Shown one piece after another: positions 38,612 to 48,534 of a stretch of DNA of 64,000 nucleotides. Under the pieces are notes generated by a model. That model saw only the letters and a list, made by a program, of their open reading frames with translations, had not been told where the DNA came from and did no database searches. Location: NCBI GenBank assembly GCA_964394435.1, contig CAYMXN010000002.1, positions 206,196 through 270,195 of the forward strand. The letters run 5' to 3'. The stretch comes from an uncultured Candidatus Saccharibacteria bacterium (lineage in GTDB: Bacteria; Patescibacteriota; Minisyncoccia; UBA6257; 1-14-0-10-44-23). How positions within the stretch are numbered: the stretch's first letter is position 1; each line of letters opens with the position of its first letter. The position numbers were made by a program, and so were the translations under genes.

Positions 38612-38650
38612 CCTCGTGCGCGACTTGTCGCGCACGAGGATTTCTTTTTC
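38612..38650 (+). terminator. rho-independent terminator after the GC-rich gene
   Basis: cctcgtgcgcgac-ttgt-cgcgcacgagg followed by atttcttttt. Confidence 0.7.
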
Positions 38651-38664
38651 GATACTTACTTTAG

Positions 38665-39177
38665 TTAATCATTTTTCAGTCCGTGGCGGTCGGCAACTTT
38701 TGAGGCAGCGTATGAGTCGGGTTTGGTTTTGACCGAGAAGTTGTTGGCGCGAATCATGCCGGTGAGTTCTTGGATGATCGCTTTCGTCGCACCGTTTTCA
38801 CCGATGTCGATGTGGATTTCGAAGTCGTATTTTGGTAGTTCGACTGTTTTAGTCGCTTCTAAAAATTGCTGGGTGATGTCGAGCGAGAGTAGTACCTCGT
38901 TGGTGATGCGGTCGCGTAGCGTGTGAAACTTAGTGGTCGGAACGATACGACGCCAGAAGTAGCGGCCGCCGTTGCCGACACGGTGGACGACAATCGCAGT
39001 AACAAAGTCGGCTTTGCGGTCGTGAGTTTGCTCGCTGTCGGTACCAATCATAATCTTGTAGTCGTATTTTTGGTCAGCTTGCATATAGCCTAAAATCTCC
39101 CGTACTACTTGCACGGGAGTCATATTGAGGCCGGTTGAGCTTTGGAAGAGTATTGTTTCTGACTCCATACTCTCCAT
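38665..39177 (-). CDS. hypothetical protein, possibly DUF458/YkuK-like RNase H-fold
   Basis: IGTDSEQ motif and ~170-aa length resemble the YkuK family; weak. Confidence 0.35.
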   Translation of the reverse strand: MESMESETILFQSSTGLNMTPVQVVREILGYMQADQKYDYKIMIGTDSEQTHDRKADFVTAIVVHRVGNGGRYFWRRIVPTTKFHTLRDRITNEVLLSLDITQQFLEATKTVELPKYDFEIHIDIGENGATKAIIQELTGMIRANNFSVKTKPDSYAASKVADRHGLKND

Positions 39178-39206
39178 ATATACCAGCTTAGAGCGGGGGT
39201 TTCAAA

Positions 39207-40295
39207 TTATTCCTTTTTTAGGAGATACGCGGCGATTGCGGTGCTAATCGGTACCGCGAGAATGAGGGCGATGCTTCCAATGAGCGTTCGAACAATCTCT
39301 TCCACCATAAACTCGCTGCTTAACACCGTCCAAAGTGGGCGCGTGGCGATATTTGCCTTAAGTAGTAAGAGGAGTGATAACGAGCTTCCTGCGTACGCAA
39401 GAAAGAGTGTATTAACTAGTGAGGCGATATGTTCTCGGCCTACTGATAGTCCGCGGCGGTATAGTTCTTTGCGTGAGAGGGCGGGGTTTGCTTTTTGTAG
39501 TTCGTCGACAACTGCAGTTTGGGCGGTAGTGATGTCATCTAAAATACCAAGAGCTCCAATAATAATTCCTCCTAGCAGAAGTCCGCGAAGATCTAGCTTT
39601 CCAAAGGAGTTGATTTGTAAATAAAATGCAGTTTCTGATCCGAGTCCGAAGAGTTGCGTATATCGTATGGCGAGATGGGCGAAGAGTCCGGCAAGAGCGA
39701 GTGTTGTGATTGTACTAATAAGTGCGAGATAGGTACGTTTTTCAAATCCATGCGCGAGCAGTATCGAGACGATGGCGATTAATGCGCTGCTGGTAAGAAT
39801 TGTTGGTAGTGGAGCGGCTCCGGCAATTAAGCGGGGCATTAAGTAGGTGATAAGAATTGTAGCGCTGGCTATTAATCCAATGATTGCTCCGAGGCCTTTG
39901 CGTTTTCCGAGGAGTATGGCGAGTGTGAAAAAAATGCCGACTAAGAGGACGACTTGTGGTAGGCGGTAAAAATCTTCGAACGCGTATTGTTCGCCGTCAT
40001 ACGAGACGATAATTGTTTGTCCTAGTTGGGGTGTTTGTGTTTTGTCTTGCGCCAACCCTCCTTCGAAACGAATAGTTGTTGTTGCATTTTTATTTGGCCC
40101 GGATGTGACTACTGCTTCTATATCTCGGACAAACTGTTGTTGGCCGAGGATTGTTTCCGTTTTTAGTTCGCCAAGTCCACTTACTCGAGCTCGTGAGTAA
40201 GCGATGTTAGTTTGGGCGAGTGTTTGTGCGTGGGCATACGATACTCCAAAGTACCCAAGTATGCCTAAAAGTAGCGCGGCGATATATATACGCAT
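39207..40295 (-). CDS. polytopic membrane protein (YibE/F-like)
   Basis: Signal peptide, ~110-aa extracytoplasmic domain, then about 7 TM helices. Confidence 0.4.
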   Translation of the reverse strand: MRIYIAALLLGILGYFGVSYAHAQTLAQTNIAYSRARVSGLGELKTETILGQQQFVRDIEAVVTSGPNKNATTTIRFEGGLAQDKTQTPQLGQTIIVSYDGEQYAFEDFYRLPQVVLLVGIFFTLAILLGKRKGLGAIIGLIASATILITYLMPRLIAGAAPLPTILTSSALIAIVSILLAHGFEKRTYLALISTITTLALAGLFAHLAIRYTQLFGLGSETAFYLQINSFGKLDLRGLLLGGIIIGALGILDDITTAQTAVVDELQKANPALSRKELYRRGLSVGREHIASLVNTLFLAYAGSSLSLLLLLKANIATRPLWTVLSSEFMVEEIVRTLIGSIALILAVPISTAIAAYLLKKE

Positions 40296-40530
40296 ATCCT
40301 TACTTTAGCACATGCGTATTAGTGTCCGTGGTTGTTTTTCTGATGAACAAGGTAGCTGACCTGTTCTTGTATAAAGACGGAGAGAAAGCAGAGAACTACT
40401 GTACAAAAACCTAATTGATGTATTACTCGCCCCGCTTGTCGGTTGCGGGGCGGGTAATTAACTATGGAGTGTCGTGATGAAGCGACACGGGGTTTGCGCG
40501 ACCAGGTTGCGCAAGCCTTATAGAGATATT

Positions 40531-40554
40531 ATGCAACTTAGTTGCGATTGTCAA
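40531..40554. promoter_or_regulatory. palindromic operator-like motif ATGCAACTTAGTTGCGATTGTCAA (copy 1)
   Basis: Perfect inverted repeat GCAACT-t-AGTTGC; near-identical copy at 41939-41966. Confidence 0.5.
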
Positions 40555-40626
40555 TGCTGTATTTGTGAGCTACTTTTCCCTCATTATTTAAGTTATTGAA
40601 AATTATAAAACCGCACAACGGCGGTT

Positions 40627-41061
40627 TTATTGGCAGTCAGCGCATAGGCCGAAGAACTCAAGTGAGTGACTAAGGACTTTGAATTTTTTGGCGTGTTCTA
40701 TTTTTTTCTCTTCTATTTTAAAGGCGTCGCCTATTTCTACATCTTCAATGCGGTCGCAATTTTTGCAGATAATATGATGATGGTGTTTTGAATTTGATAG
40801 TTCATAACGTTTTTTACCTTCACGAAACTCTATTTCGTTAATACGATTTTGTTCGAGTAGTAGAGCGAGATATCGATATACTGTTGTTTTGTTTGTAGTA
40901 AGTTTTTTTTGTCGAAGCTCTTTGATGATATCTGGAACTGAAATAGGTTTTTTTGCATTCTCTAAGAGATGCATGAGTATGGCTCGCGTATTGGTATTTT
41001 TTAGTGCCGGCTTAGGTTGAGTCATTATCCTTTTTATATATAAATTTCTGCCATTTGTCAA
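40627..41061 (-). CDS. Fur-family metalloregulator (likely Zur)
   Basis: Winged-helix N-terminus; HHHHIICKNC...C..C metal sites; adjacent to the ZIP transporter gene. Confidence 0.8.
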   Translation of the reverse strand: MTNGRNLYIKRIMTQPKPALKNTNTRAILMHLLENAKKPISVPDIIKELRQKKLTTNKTTVYRYLALLLEQNRINEIEFREGKKRYELSNSKHHHHIICKNCDRIEDVEIGDAFKIEEKKIEHAKKFKVLSHSLEFFGLCADCQ

Positions 41062-41103
41062 AAATAAAGCGGCTAGGCAATCAGTATTGCCGAGCCGCTA
41101 GGG

Positions 41104-41916
41104 CTAATGCTTGTGTGCGCACTTTGGTGTCGGCGACGCGTGTTGGTGTTCGCCAATTAACTTTGTCGCGGAGGCGATCAGGGCTACCCCGAGGATGAGT
41201 CCGACTACTTGTGCTCCGTGCGCCTTGTGTTGCGCTTTATGCGAAGCAGCTCGTTGACGCAGAAGGGGAATGACGTCGCTTAGCGCAACGTATACAAATC
41301 CTCCTGCTGCTATCGGAAGAACTAGTTCCGCTGCGCTTTCTGCTTTTTCAGCAAAAAAGATCATACATCCTGCGCCGAGTAGCGCCGTGCAGGCAGAGGC
41401 GAGATTGATCGTTAGCGCCTTAGCCCTACTCCATCCACTTGCTCGAAGTGTCGCAAACTCCCCAATTTCCTGCGGTATCTCGTGGGCTGCTACCGCGATG
41501 GTGGTAGCAAGTCCTAGCTTCTGATTGGTGAGGTACACCGCGGCGATGAGTACTCCATCAACAAAGTTATGGATGGAGTCTGCGACGGTAATCATCACCG
41601 CAGTCTCATTTGCGCCCTTGTCTCCTGCGTGGTGGTGCCAGTGAACGATTTTTTCAAGGATCCAGAATCCGATAATGCCCCCGAGAACTTGGTATGGGGC
41701 GTTGGCGTTGTGATAAATCGCTTCGGGAATGAGGTGCAGGATCGCATTGGCGAGCATACAGCCTGCGCCAAGTGCGACCAGCAACTCCTGATGCCAACTG
41801 TTTGCGAACGGCTTTGCGGAGGGGAGTATCGTGAGCACAAACAGTGGAATTGCGCAGATCGTTCCCACGGCCACGAAAATGTCGGAGTACATACTGTCCT
41901 TCTGTCCTTTCGGCAA
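41104..41916 (-). CDS. ZIP-family divalent metal transporter (ZupT-like)
   Basis: HNFVDGVLIAAV and AHEIPQEIGEF conserved ZIP motifs. Confidence 0.8.
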   Translation of the reverse strand: MPKGQKDSMYSDIFVAVGTICAIPLFVLTILPSAKPFANSWHQELLVALGAGCMLANAILHLIPEAIYHNANAPYQVLGGIIGFWILEKIVHWHHHAGDKGANETAVMITVADSIHNFVDGVLIAAVYLTNQKLGLATTIAVAAHEIPQEIGEFATLRASGWSRAKALTINLASACTALLGAGCMIFFAEKAESAAELVLPIAAGGFVYVALSDVIPLLRQRAASHKAQHKAHGAQVVGLILGVALIASATKLIGEHQHASPTPKCAHKH

Positions 41917-41938
41917 GAGTTCGTTCGTAAGAAAGTCT

Positions 41939-41966
41939 ATGCAACCTAGTTGCGTTTGTCAAATTG
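41939..41966. promoter_or_regulatory. palindromic operator-like motif TATGCAACCTAGTTGCGTTTGTCAAAT (copy 2) in the divergent zupT/iscS promoter region
   Basis: About 25 nt upstream of the ZIP gene start and about 40 nt upstream of iscS. Confidence 0.5.
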
Positions 41967-42003
41967 AACAGTTGGCTTTAGGATATAAGCAACTTCCTTA
42001 TAT

Positions 42004-43260
42004 ATGAAGCAGACATCGATTTATCTTGATTATGCGGCGACGACTCCTGTTGATCAGCGGGTTATTGCGGCTATGCAACCTTACTTTTTTGATGAGTTTG
42101 GCAATCCGGGGTCGCTTCATCAATTTGGGCAGCGTGCTTCAGCAGCGGTATTTAAGGCGCGCCAGGAGATCGCCCAGGCTCTTAGTGCTCATTATTCTGA
42201 AATTGTATTTACTGGGAGTGCGACCGAGGCGAATAATTTGGCGCTCGGAGGCGTGATGCGTCGGTATGTGCGTGAGCAGGTGAAGATGAAGGCGAAACAT
42301 CCAATGCCGCGAATTATTATTTCCGCTATTGAGCACGAGAGTGTTTTAAAAACTGCGCAGGATTTAGCGTGCGACCCTTCGGTGGGCTCAGGGCTTAGTG
42401 GTGTTGAGGTAGTAATTATTCCGGTCTCAAAAGATGGAATTGTTGATCTAAAAAAGTTAACAGCGGCCTTGAACGAGCGGACTGCGCTTGTTTCGGTGAT
42501 GCTGGCGAATAATGAGACTGGCGTAATTCAGCCTATCGCCGAGATCAGTAAGCTCGTACGTGAGTTTCGGGGGGAGGGGCGCTGGCCGCTTGTTCATACT
42601 GACGCGGTGCAGGCGTTTCAGTATTTGGATTGTGATGTGAGTAAGCTTGGTGTAGATATGCTCACACTTTCGGCGCATAAGATTTGTGGTCCAAAGGGAG
42701 TTGGCGCGTTATATGTGAAAAATTATCAATTGGGTTCTAGGCGACCACTTAAAGACAGTGATATGTATCCGATTGATCCGTTGATTATGGGTGGCGGTCA
42801 GGAGATGGGATTGCGCAGTGGTACGGAAAACGTTTCGTATATTGTTGGGTTTGCAAAGGCTGTTGAGTTAGCTGTACTTGTTCGCGAAAAAGAGGCGAAG
42901 CGTGTTGCTGAACTACGTAACGTATTGCTTGCTGGATTGCGGAAGATCTATCCAGCGTTGCAGGTTAATGGTTCGTTGAAAGAAAGATTGGCGAATAATA
43001 TTAATATATATATGCCTGCGCACACGGGTGTGCCGGGGGTGAGTGCGGAGGAGTTGTTGGTGCGTTTGGATTTGGCTGGGGTGGCGCTTTCGTCTGGTTC
43101 GGCGTGTGCCGCGCGTAGCCTTGAGGCGTCGCATGTGCTTTTGGCGATGGGCTTTGATGAGGTGCGAGCTAAGAATAGTGTTCGTTTTACGCTTGGCCGG
43201 CAGACGACTAAGCAAGAGGTTGCCCGTGTTCTTAAGTTGATCGCTTCTTTCAAGGGCTAG
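42004..43260 (+). CDS. iscS: cysteine desulfurase (class V aminotransferase, IscS/NifS-like)
   Basis: PLP-Lys motif SAHKICGPKGVGALYV; C-terminal catalytic Cys loop SSGSAC. Confidence 0.85.
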   Translation: MKQTSIYLDYAATTPVDQRVIAAMQPYFFDEFGNPGSLHQFGQRASAAVFKARQEIAQALSAHYSEIVFTGSATEANNLALGGVMRRYVREQVKMKAKHPMPRIIISAIEHESVLKTAQDLACDPSVGSGLSGVEVVIIPVSKDGIVDLKKLTAALNERTALVSVMLANNETGVIQPIAEISKLVREFRGEGRWPLVHTDAVQAFQYLDCDVSKLGVDMLTLSAHKICGPKGVGALYVKNYQLGSRRPLKDSDMYPIDPLIMGGGQEMGLRSGTENVSYIVGFAKAVELAVLVREKEAKRVAELRNVLLAGLRKIYPALQVNGSLKERLANNINIYMPAHTGVPGVSAEELLVRLDLAGVALSSGSACAARSLEASHVLLAMGFDEVRAKNSVRFTLGRQTTKQEVARVLKLIASFKG

Positions 43261-43307
43261 TCTGTTTCGTTTATACTTAACAGAGTCGGATTGATAATTT
43301 TTATACT

Positions 43308-44567
43308 ATGAAGTTTCAAAAATACGCTTTTCCTGTTTCATTGCTCGTAATTGGATTTGCGCTTTGGTCAGTGGCCGTTTCTTCGGTCGCGTCCTCCTTT
43401 GGGCAGGCGAATGTGTTTAGTAATTTTTTAGATCGTATTTTTAAGGCGAACCCAGAGCTCCAGTCACTTGTACCGAGCGACTCTTCTATTTCCGCTAATG
43501 CCTACGAGTCTACTAATACGTATGAAGATGCGGTAATTCGCGCAGTTGAGCGTGTTTCTCCATCAGTGGTTGCGATTACGGTTTCGAAAAATGTTCCAGT
43601 GATTGGTAATTGTAAGTCTAATTCACTTGGTACGTTGCCAAGGGGATTTGAAGATTTATTTGGTGGTGGAATCGAGATTACTATTCCTTGCAGTACTGGA
43701 AAGACTCAACGGCAAGAGGTGGGTGGGGGAAGTGGGTTTATCGTTTCGGCCGATGGAATGATTCTTACAAATAAACACGTTGTTTCAGACGCGACCGCTT
43801 CGTATTCAGTTATGACTAATGACGGTAAGAAGTATGAGGCGAAGGTGTTGGCGCGTGATGGTGTTCAAGACTTAGCTGTATTGAAAATCGCCGCCTCTGG
43901 ATTGTCTGTGGCACCACTTGGCAATTCTGACACCGTTCGGTTGGGTCAGACCGCGATTACTATCGGCAATGCGCTTAGCGAGTTTCGTAATACTGTTTCA
44001 GTTGGTGTTGTTTCTGGTCTGGCGCGTAACGTAACAGCTGGGAGTGGTGGGTTTTCGGAAGAGCTCGAGGGCGTTATCCAGACCGATGCGGCGATTAATC
44101 CTGGCAACTCTGGTGGTCCACTCATTAACTTAAAGGGAGAGGTAATTGGCATCAATACGGCGATCGTTTCGGGTGCGCAGAATATCGGGTTCGCATTGCC
44201 GATTAATAACGCGAAGCGTGATATTGACTCGGTGAAGACGACGGGAAAGATTACGATTCCATTTATTGGTGTGAGATATCTTGTTATCACCCCGGAGGTT
44301 GCTGAACGTGAAAAGTTGGCGGTGGAATATGGAGCGCTTGTTCGTGGTAATACTGATGGGCCGGCAACCGTAAAGGGGAGCCCGGCGGATAAGGCGGGTA
44401 TCAAAGCAGAGGATATTATTACTCAAGTAAATGGAGTAAAAATTCTTGAAGAGCGTTCACTTCTTTCACTTATTCAGCGATATAATGTTGGTGATACGGT
44501 TAATTTGACCGTACTGCGCGGAGGTAAAGAGATTGTTGTTCCGGTTTTGCTTGAGGAGCGAAAATAA
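43308..44567 (+). CDS. HtrA/DegP-family serine protease with PDZ domain
   Basis: N-terminal TM anchor (FPVSLLVIGFALWSVAVSSVASS, residues ~8-30); catalytic triad context including GNSGGPLINLKGEVIGINTA; C-terminal PDZ. Confidence 0.85.
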   Translation: MKFQKYAFPVSLLVIGFALWSVAVSSVASSFGQANVFSNFLDRIFKANPELQSLVPSDSSISANAYESTNTYEDAVIRAVERVSPSVVAITVSKNVPVIGNCKSNSLGTLPRGFEDLFGGGIEITIPCSTGKTQRQEVGGGSGFIVSADGMILTNKHVVSDATASYSVMTNDGKKYEAKVLARDGVQDLAVLKIAASGLSVAPLGNSDTVRLGQTAITIGNALSEFRNTVSVGVVSGLARNVTAGSGGFSEELEGVIQTDAAINPGNSGGPLINLKGEVIGINTAIVSGAQNIGFALPINNAKRDIDSVKTTGKITIPFIGVRYLVITPEVAEREKLAVEYGALVRGNTDGPATVKGSPADKAGIKAEDIITQVNGVKILEERSLLSLIQRYNVGDTVNLTVLRGGKEIVVPVLLEERK

Positions 44568-44581
44568 AAAAGACCCACCTA

Positions 44582-45031
44582 TCAGCTTGCGGCTGATGCG
44601 GTGGGTCGGGGGAGTATGCCGATCGCTTCGAGAGCGTAGCGATGCGGCTTAAGGAGATCTTCCATCTCCTCAAGCTGCTTTTGCGAAAAAACGCCGACTT
44701 CTTCTCCTTCGTCACCCCGCTCTTTGAGGCCTTCGAGTGTGGCGACTTCGGCCGTGTAGAGGACGAAGGTGTGCTTTGTCCTCGGCTCGTTGTAGCTGAA
44801 GGTGAGCTGGAAGGGCGGGATGTTGATTCCCGTTTCCTCTAGTAGCTCGCGGGTCGCCGCGACATTGGGTAGCTCGTAGGGCTGGCTCTTGCCGCCCGGG
44901 AGCTTCCACAGGGGACGATTGAACTTCGGGTCGCGTACGAGCACGACCCCTTGAGGCGAGCGTACGAGTACGGCGACCGCGTAGTCGCTATACTGCATCT
45001 CGGCCTCATCTGAGCTGTCCTGCTTGCTCAC
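44582..45031 (-). CDS. NUDIX hydrolase encoded in a GC-rich segment
   Basis: Nudix box GGKSQPYELPNVAATRELLEETGI; about 58% GC; GTG start (ATG alternative 11 codons downstream). Confidence 0.7.
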   Translation of the reverse strand: MSKQDSSDEAEMQYSDYAVAVLVRSPQGVVLVRDPKFNRPLWKLPGGKSQPYELPNVAATRELLEETGINIPPFQLTFSYNEPRTKHTFVLYTAEVATLEGLKERGDEGEEVGVFSQKQLEEMEDLLKPHRYALEAIGILPRPTASAAS

Positions 45032-45087
45032 GATGTACTCCAGATGCGGGTTTTGGAACTTTTCTATAATAACTTAAATATATACTC

Positions 45088-45116
45088 TTGTCAAGGATTG
45101 ACGAAGCTGGTATACT
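45088..45116 (+). promoter_or_regulatory. sigma70-type promoter for clpB (TTGTCA-17-TATACT)
   Basis: ttgtca at 45088-45093 and tatact at 45111-45116; about 15-nt SD-less 5' UTR. Confidence 0.5.
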
Positions 45117-45137
45117 AGCAATAATTGAATATCTTAT

Positions 45138-47849
45138 ATGGCGATGAACAATAAAAATTTCAATCGGTTTACGATTAAGGCTCAAGAGGCGCTTCAGAAC
45201 GCGCAGGAACTTGCGGCGAGTAATAGCCATGGTGAGTTTCGGGCTATTCATTTGCTTTCTTCGTTAATTCACGACGATCAGTCTTTGGTTCGTCCTATTT
45301 TAGTTAAGGCGGGGGTGAGTGTTGATGCGCTTAGTCGTGAGATTGAGACGATTTTAACAGGCATGCCGAAGATTTTTAGTAATGCGAACGTTGGACAGCT
45401 CTATCTTTCACAGGAGCTTATGACTGTGCTTGATAAGGCGGCTAAGGTTGCACTTTCTCAAAAGGACGAGTTTATTTCTTGCGAGCACTTGTTGATTGCG
45501 ATTTTAGATATTGATTCGTCAGCGCGTGCACTTTTAGAGCGCATGGGGCTTCGTCGGGATGCGGCGTTTAAGATTTTAGCGAGTTTGCGAGGCAGCTCGC
45601 GCGTTACTGATGAGACGCCGGAGAGCAAGTTTCAGGTGCTCGAGAAATATGCGGTGAATTTAACTGCGAAAGCGAAAGAGGGGAAGCTCGACCCGGTTAT
45701 TGGACGTGATGAGGAGTTGCGCCGCGTGATTCAGATTTTGTCGCGTCGAACGAAGAATAACCCAGTACTTATCGGTGAGCCGGGTGTTGGTAAGACCGCG
45801 ATTGTAGAGGGGTTAGCTCAAAAGATTATTTCGGGTGAAGTTCCAGAGACCCTCAAGGGCAAGGAGATTATTATGCTTGATATCGGTTCGTTGATTGCCG
45901 GGACAAAGTTCCGTGGTGAGTTTGAGGATCGTCTCAAGGCGTTTATTAAAGAGATCCAAAATGCAGCCGGGCGCTTGATTTTGTTTATCGATGAGATTCA
46001 TATGATCGTGGGTGCGGGAGCTGCTGAGGGTGCGATTGATGCGTCAAACCTACTTAAGCCGGCGTTGGCGCGCGGAGAGTTGCACGCGATCGGTGCGACA
46101 ACGATTCGTGAGTATCAGCGTCATATTGAAAAAGATCCGGCGCTTGAGCGCCGCTTCCAGCCAGTGATGGTTGAAGAGCCTTCGCTTGAAGATGCGGTTT
46201 CGATTTTGCGTGGGCTAAAAGAGAAGTATGAGATTCACCATGGTCTTCGTATTTCTGATGCGGCTTTGATTGCGGCGGTTAATCTTTCGAGTCGCTATAT
46301 TAGCGATCGCTTTTTGCCGGACAAAGCGGTTGATTTGATTGATGAGGCGGCAGCTGCGGTTAAGCTTGAAACTGAAATTACTCCGACCGAGATTGATAAG
46401 CTTCGCCGTGAAATCACCCGATTAGAGATTGAGAAAAAAGCTTTGTTAGCGGAATCACCAGCTCCGCGGGCTTCACGTACGAGCGCGGACAAGAAGCGTT
46501 CTGCGCCTAAGGCGAAGACGGTGAATGAGAAGCGTATTAAGGAGATTGAGAAGCGCCTGGAAGAGCTTAAGGCTCAAAATGATGAGCTTTCTGGTCAGTG
46601 GCGCGGTGAGATGATGACGGTAGAAAAGTTTCATAACTTGCGTAAGCGCATGGATGATTTGAAAAAGGAGGCGGAGATCGCCGAGCGCGAAGGGGACCTA
46701 GAGCGCGTAGCACAAATTTTGTACGGTGAACTTCCTCAAGCAGAAAAGGAGTATAAGGCGTTTGAGAAGAAGTATTTTGCTGGCGATGCGAAGAAGAAAG
46801 GGGACGACGCTTTCTTGAAGGATTTTGTCGACGAAGAGGATGTTGCGGCCGTAGTTGCTCGTTGGACGGGTATTCCGGTTATGCGCATGCTTGAGAGTGA
46901 GAGCGAGAAAATGTTGCGTATTGAAGAGGAGCTTCATAAGCGTGTCGTCGGTCAAGACGATGCGGTTGTGGCGGTTGCAAACTCAATTCGTCGTTCTCGC
47001 GCCGGGCTTTCGAGTGAAAATCGTCCGATTGGCAGCTTTATGTTTCTTGGTCCGACTGGCGTTGGTAAAACCGAGTTGGCGCGTGCACTCGCTGAATTGA
47101 TGTTCAATGATGAGAAAGCGATCGTGCGTATTGATATGTCGGAGTATATGGAGAAGCATGCGGTGAGCCGTTTGATCGGTAGTCCGCCGGGGTATGTTGG
47201 GTTTGAGGAGGGTGGTCAGCTTACCGAGATTGTCCGCCACCGACCATATAGTTTGATTCTTTTTGATGAGATTGAGAAAGCTCATCCGGAAGTATTTAAC
47301 ATTTTACTCCAGATTTTAGACAATGGACGCCTGACAGATGCGCATGGAAAGGCGGTGAACTTTAAGAACTCGATCATTATTATGACGAGCAACGTAGGGA
47401 GTTCGTACTTTAAGCAGATGAGCCACCTTGGGTTTAGCGGTGAGCATGCGGAAAAGCTGGAGGTAAAAGAGGAGGAGTTTAAAGACCGCGTAAAACTCGC
47501 GCTGCGCGATCACTTTAAGCCGGAGTTTCTTAACCGTATTGATGAGCTTATTGTGTTTAACTCACTCAAGAAGGCTGATATCGAGCAGATCGTTGATATT
47601 CAAGTTGAGCAGATTAAGAAGCGATTAGCTGATAAGAATATTTCAATCTCGATTGATGCGGCGGCGAAGAAGTATATCGTTGATCACGGGTTTGACCCTG
47701 ATTTTGGCGCTCGCCCTATCGCTCGCCTTATCCAAAAGGCTATACTTGATAAGATGGCCGATAAAATGATTCGCGGCCAAATAAAAGATGGCGACAAAGT
47801 TAAAGTCAGTTTTAGCGACACTGAAAAATCAATTACCGTTGCTGCTTAA
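45138..47849 (+). CDS. clpB: AAA+ disaggregase ClpB
   Basis: 903 aa; Clp N-domain; two Walker A motifs ([16 protein letters not shown]); long middle coiled-coil carrying a basic insertion. Confidence 0.9.
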   Translation: MAMNNKNFNRFTIKAQEALQNAQELAASNSHGEFRAIHLLSSLIHDDQSLVRPILVKAGVSVDALSREIETILTGMPKIFSNANVGQLYLSQELMTVLDKAAKVALSQKDEFISCEHLLIAILDIDSSARALLERMGLRRDAAFKILASLRGSSRVTDETPESKFQVLEKYAVNLTAKAKEGKLDPVIGRDEELRRVIQILSRRTKNNPVLIGEPGVGKTAIVEGLAQKIISGEVPETLKGKEIIMLDIGSLIAGTKFRGEFEDRLKAFIKEIQNAAGRLILFIDEIHMIVGAGAAEGAIDASNLLKPALARGELHAIGATTIREYQRHIEKDPALERRFQPVMVEEPSLEDAVSILRGLKEKYEIHHGLRISDAALIAAVNLSSRYISDRFLPDKAVDLIDEAAAAVKLETEITPTEIDKLRREITRLEIEKKALLAESPAPRASRTSADKKRSAPKAKTVNEKRIKEIEKRLEELKAQNDELSGQWRGEMMTVEKFHNLRKRMDDLKKEAEIAEREGDLERVAQILYGELPQAEKEYKAFEKKYFAGDAKKKGDDAFLKDFVDEEDVAAVVARWTGIPVMRMLESESEKMLRIEEELHKRVVGQDDAVVAVANSIRRSRAGLSSENRPIGSFMFLGPTGVGKTELARALAELMFNDEKAIVRIDMSEYMEKHAVSRLIGSPPGYVGFEEGGQLTEIVRHRPYSLILFDEIEKAHPEVFNILLQILDNGRLTDAHGKAVNFKNSIIIMTSNVGSSYFKQMSHLGFSGEHAEKLEVKEEEFKDRVKLALRDHFKPEFLNRIDELIVFNSLKKADIEQIVDIQVEQIKKRLADKNISISIDAAAKKYIVDHGFDPDFGARPIARLIQKAILDKMADKMIRGQIKDGDKVKVSFSDTEKSITVAA

Positions 47850-47851
47850 AG

Positions 47852-48534
47852 CGTTTCTGTTTGGAGCGCTTGTTCGCACGGTATATCTTAATCCTGCGCA
47901 AACTGGTCCGCTGGTAATCTTTTTGGTCGTAGCATTTTTGCTGTACGCCCAGCCGATTTTTCGTACATTTCGCCACCTTGGTTCACTCATTGTTTTGTGT
48001 GCGGTAAGTATCTTCGCTTCAGTTGTGTTCTCGGTTAATATTTCTCCGACGCTTGTGGCGCTGATTTTTGCCGTTTTGTTTTATTTACTTCTTGGTATTA
48101 AAACGATGCGATTAACTCGCCGTACCGAGTGGTATCTGTTGTTCCAGATTACGCTCTTTTATATTCTTTCTGTGCTGTTCTTTGCTTCTGACAAGGGAGA
48201 GTCGTTTGTCTATAAACTTATTGGGATGTTTTTCGTTTCCTGGTTTTTGCTGCGTGATTATTACCGGACTATTGATCGTCCACTTACCTTAGAGGTACGC
48301 ACTGTTTCTCTCGTACTCTCCGTTCTTATCGTGCAGGCGCTTTGGATGATTAGTATTTTGCCTTTTTCGTTTTTTGTTAGCGCGGGACTTATTTTGATGG
48401 TATTTTTTGTTCTGCAGGAGATTTCGCGGTTTTATTTGGCAAAACAACTGACGAGCAAAATGCTTTTCAGCTACGTATTCGCCTTACTCGTTGTATTTGG
48501 TGTTACGTTTGCACTTGTCCAGCTTCACTACTAA
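47852..48534 (+). CDS. polytopic membrane protein (start uncertain; track ORF begins at 47788 inside clpB)
   Basis: 6-7 TM helices; no motif recognised. Confidence 0.35.

Noticed and set aside
37902-38635. Minus-strand ORFs 37902..38306, 37933..38526, 38432..38635 and the plus-strand ORF 38111..38491 (different frame) overlapping the 38008..38601 gene
   Set aside because: Arg-rich antisense or wrong-frame artefacts; the plus-strand frame has the SD and terminator.
47788-47851. N-terminal 21 codons of the membrane ORF overlapping clpB
   Set aside because: Overlap with the well-supported clpB 3' end in another frame; the true start is probably downstream.
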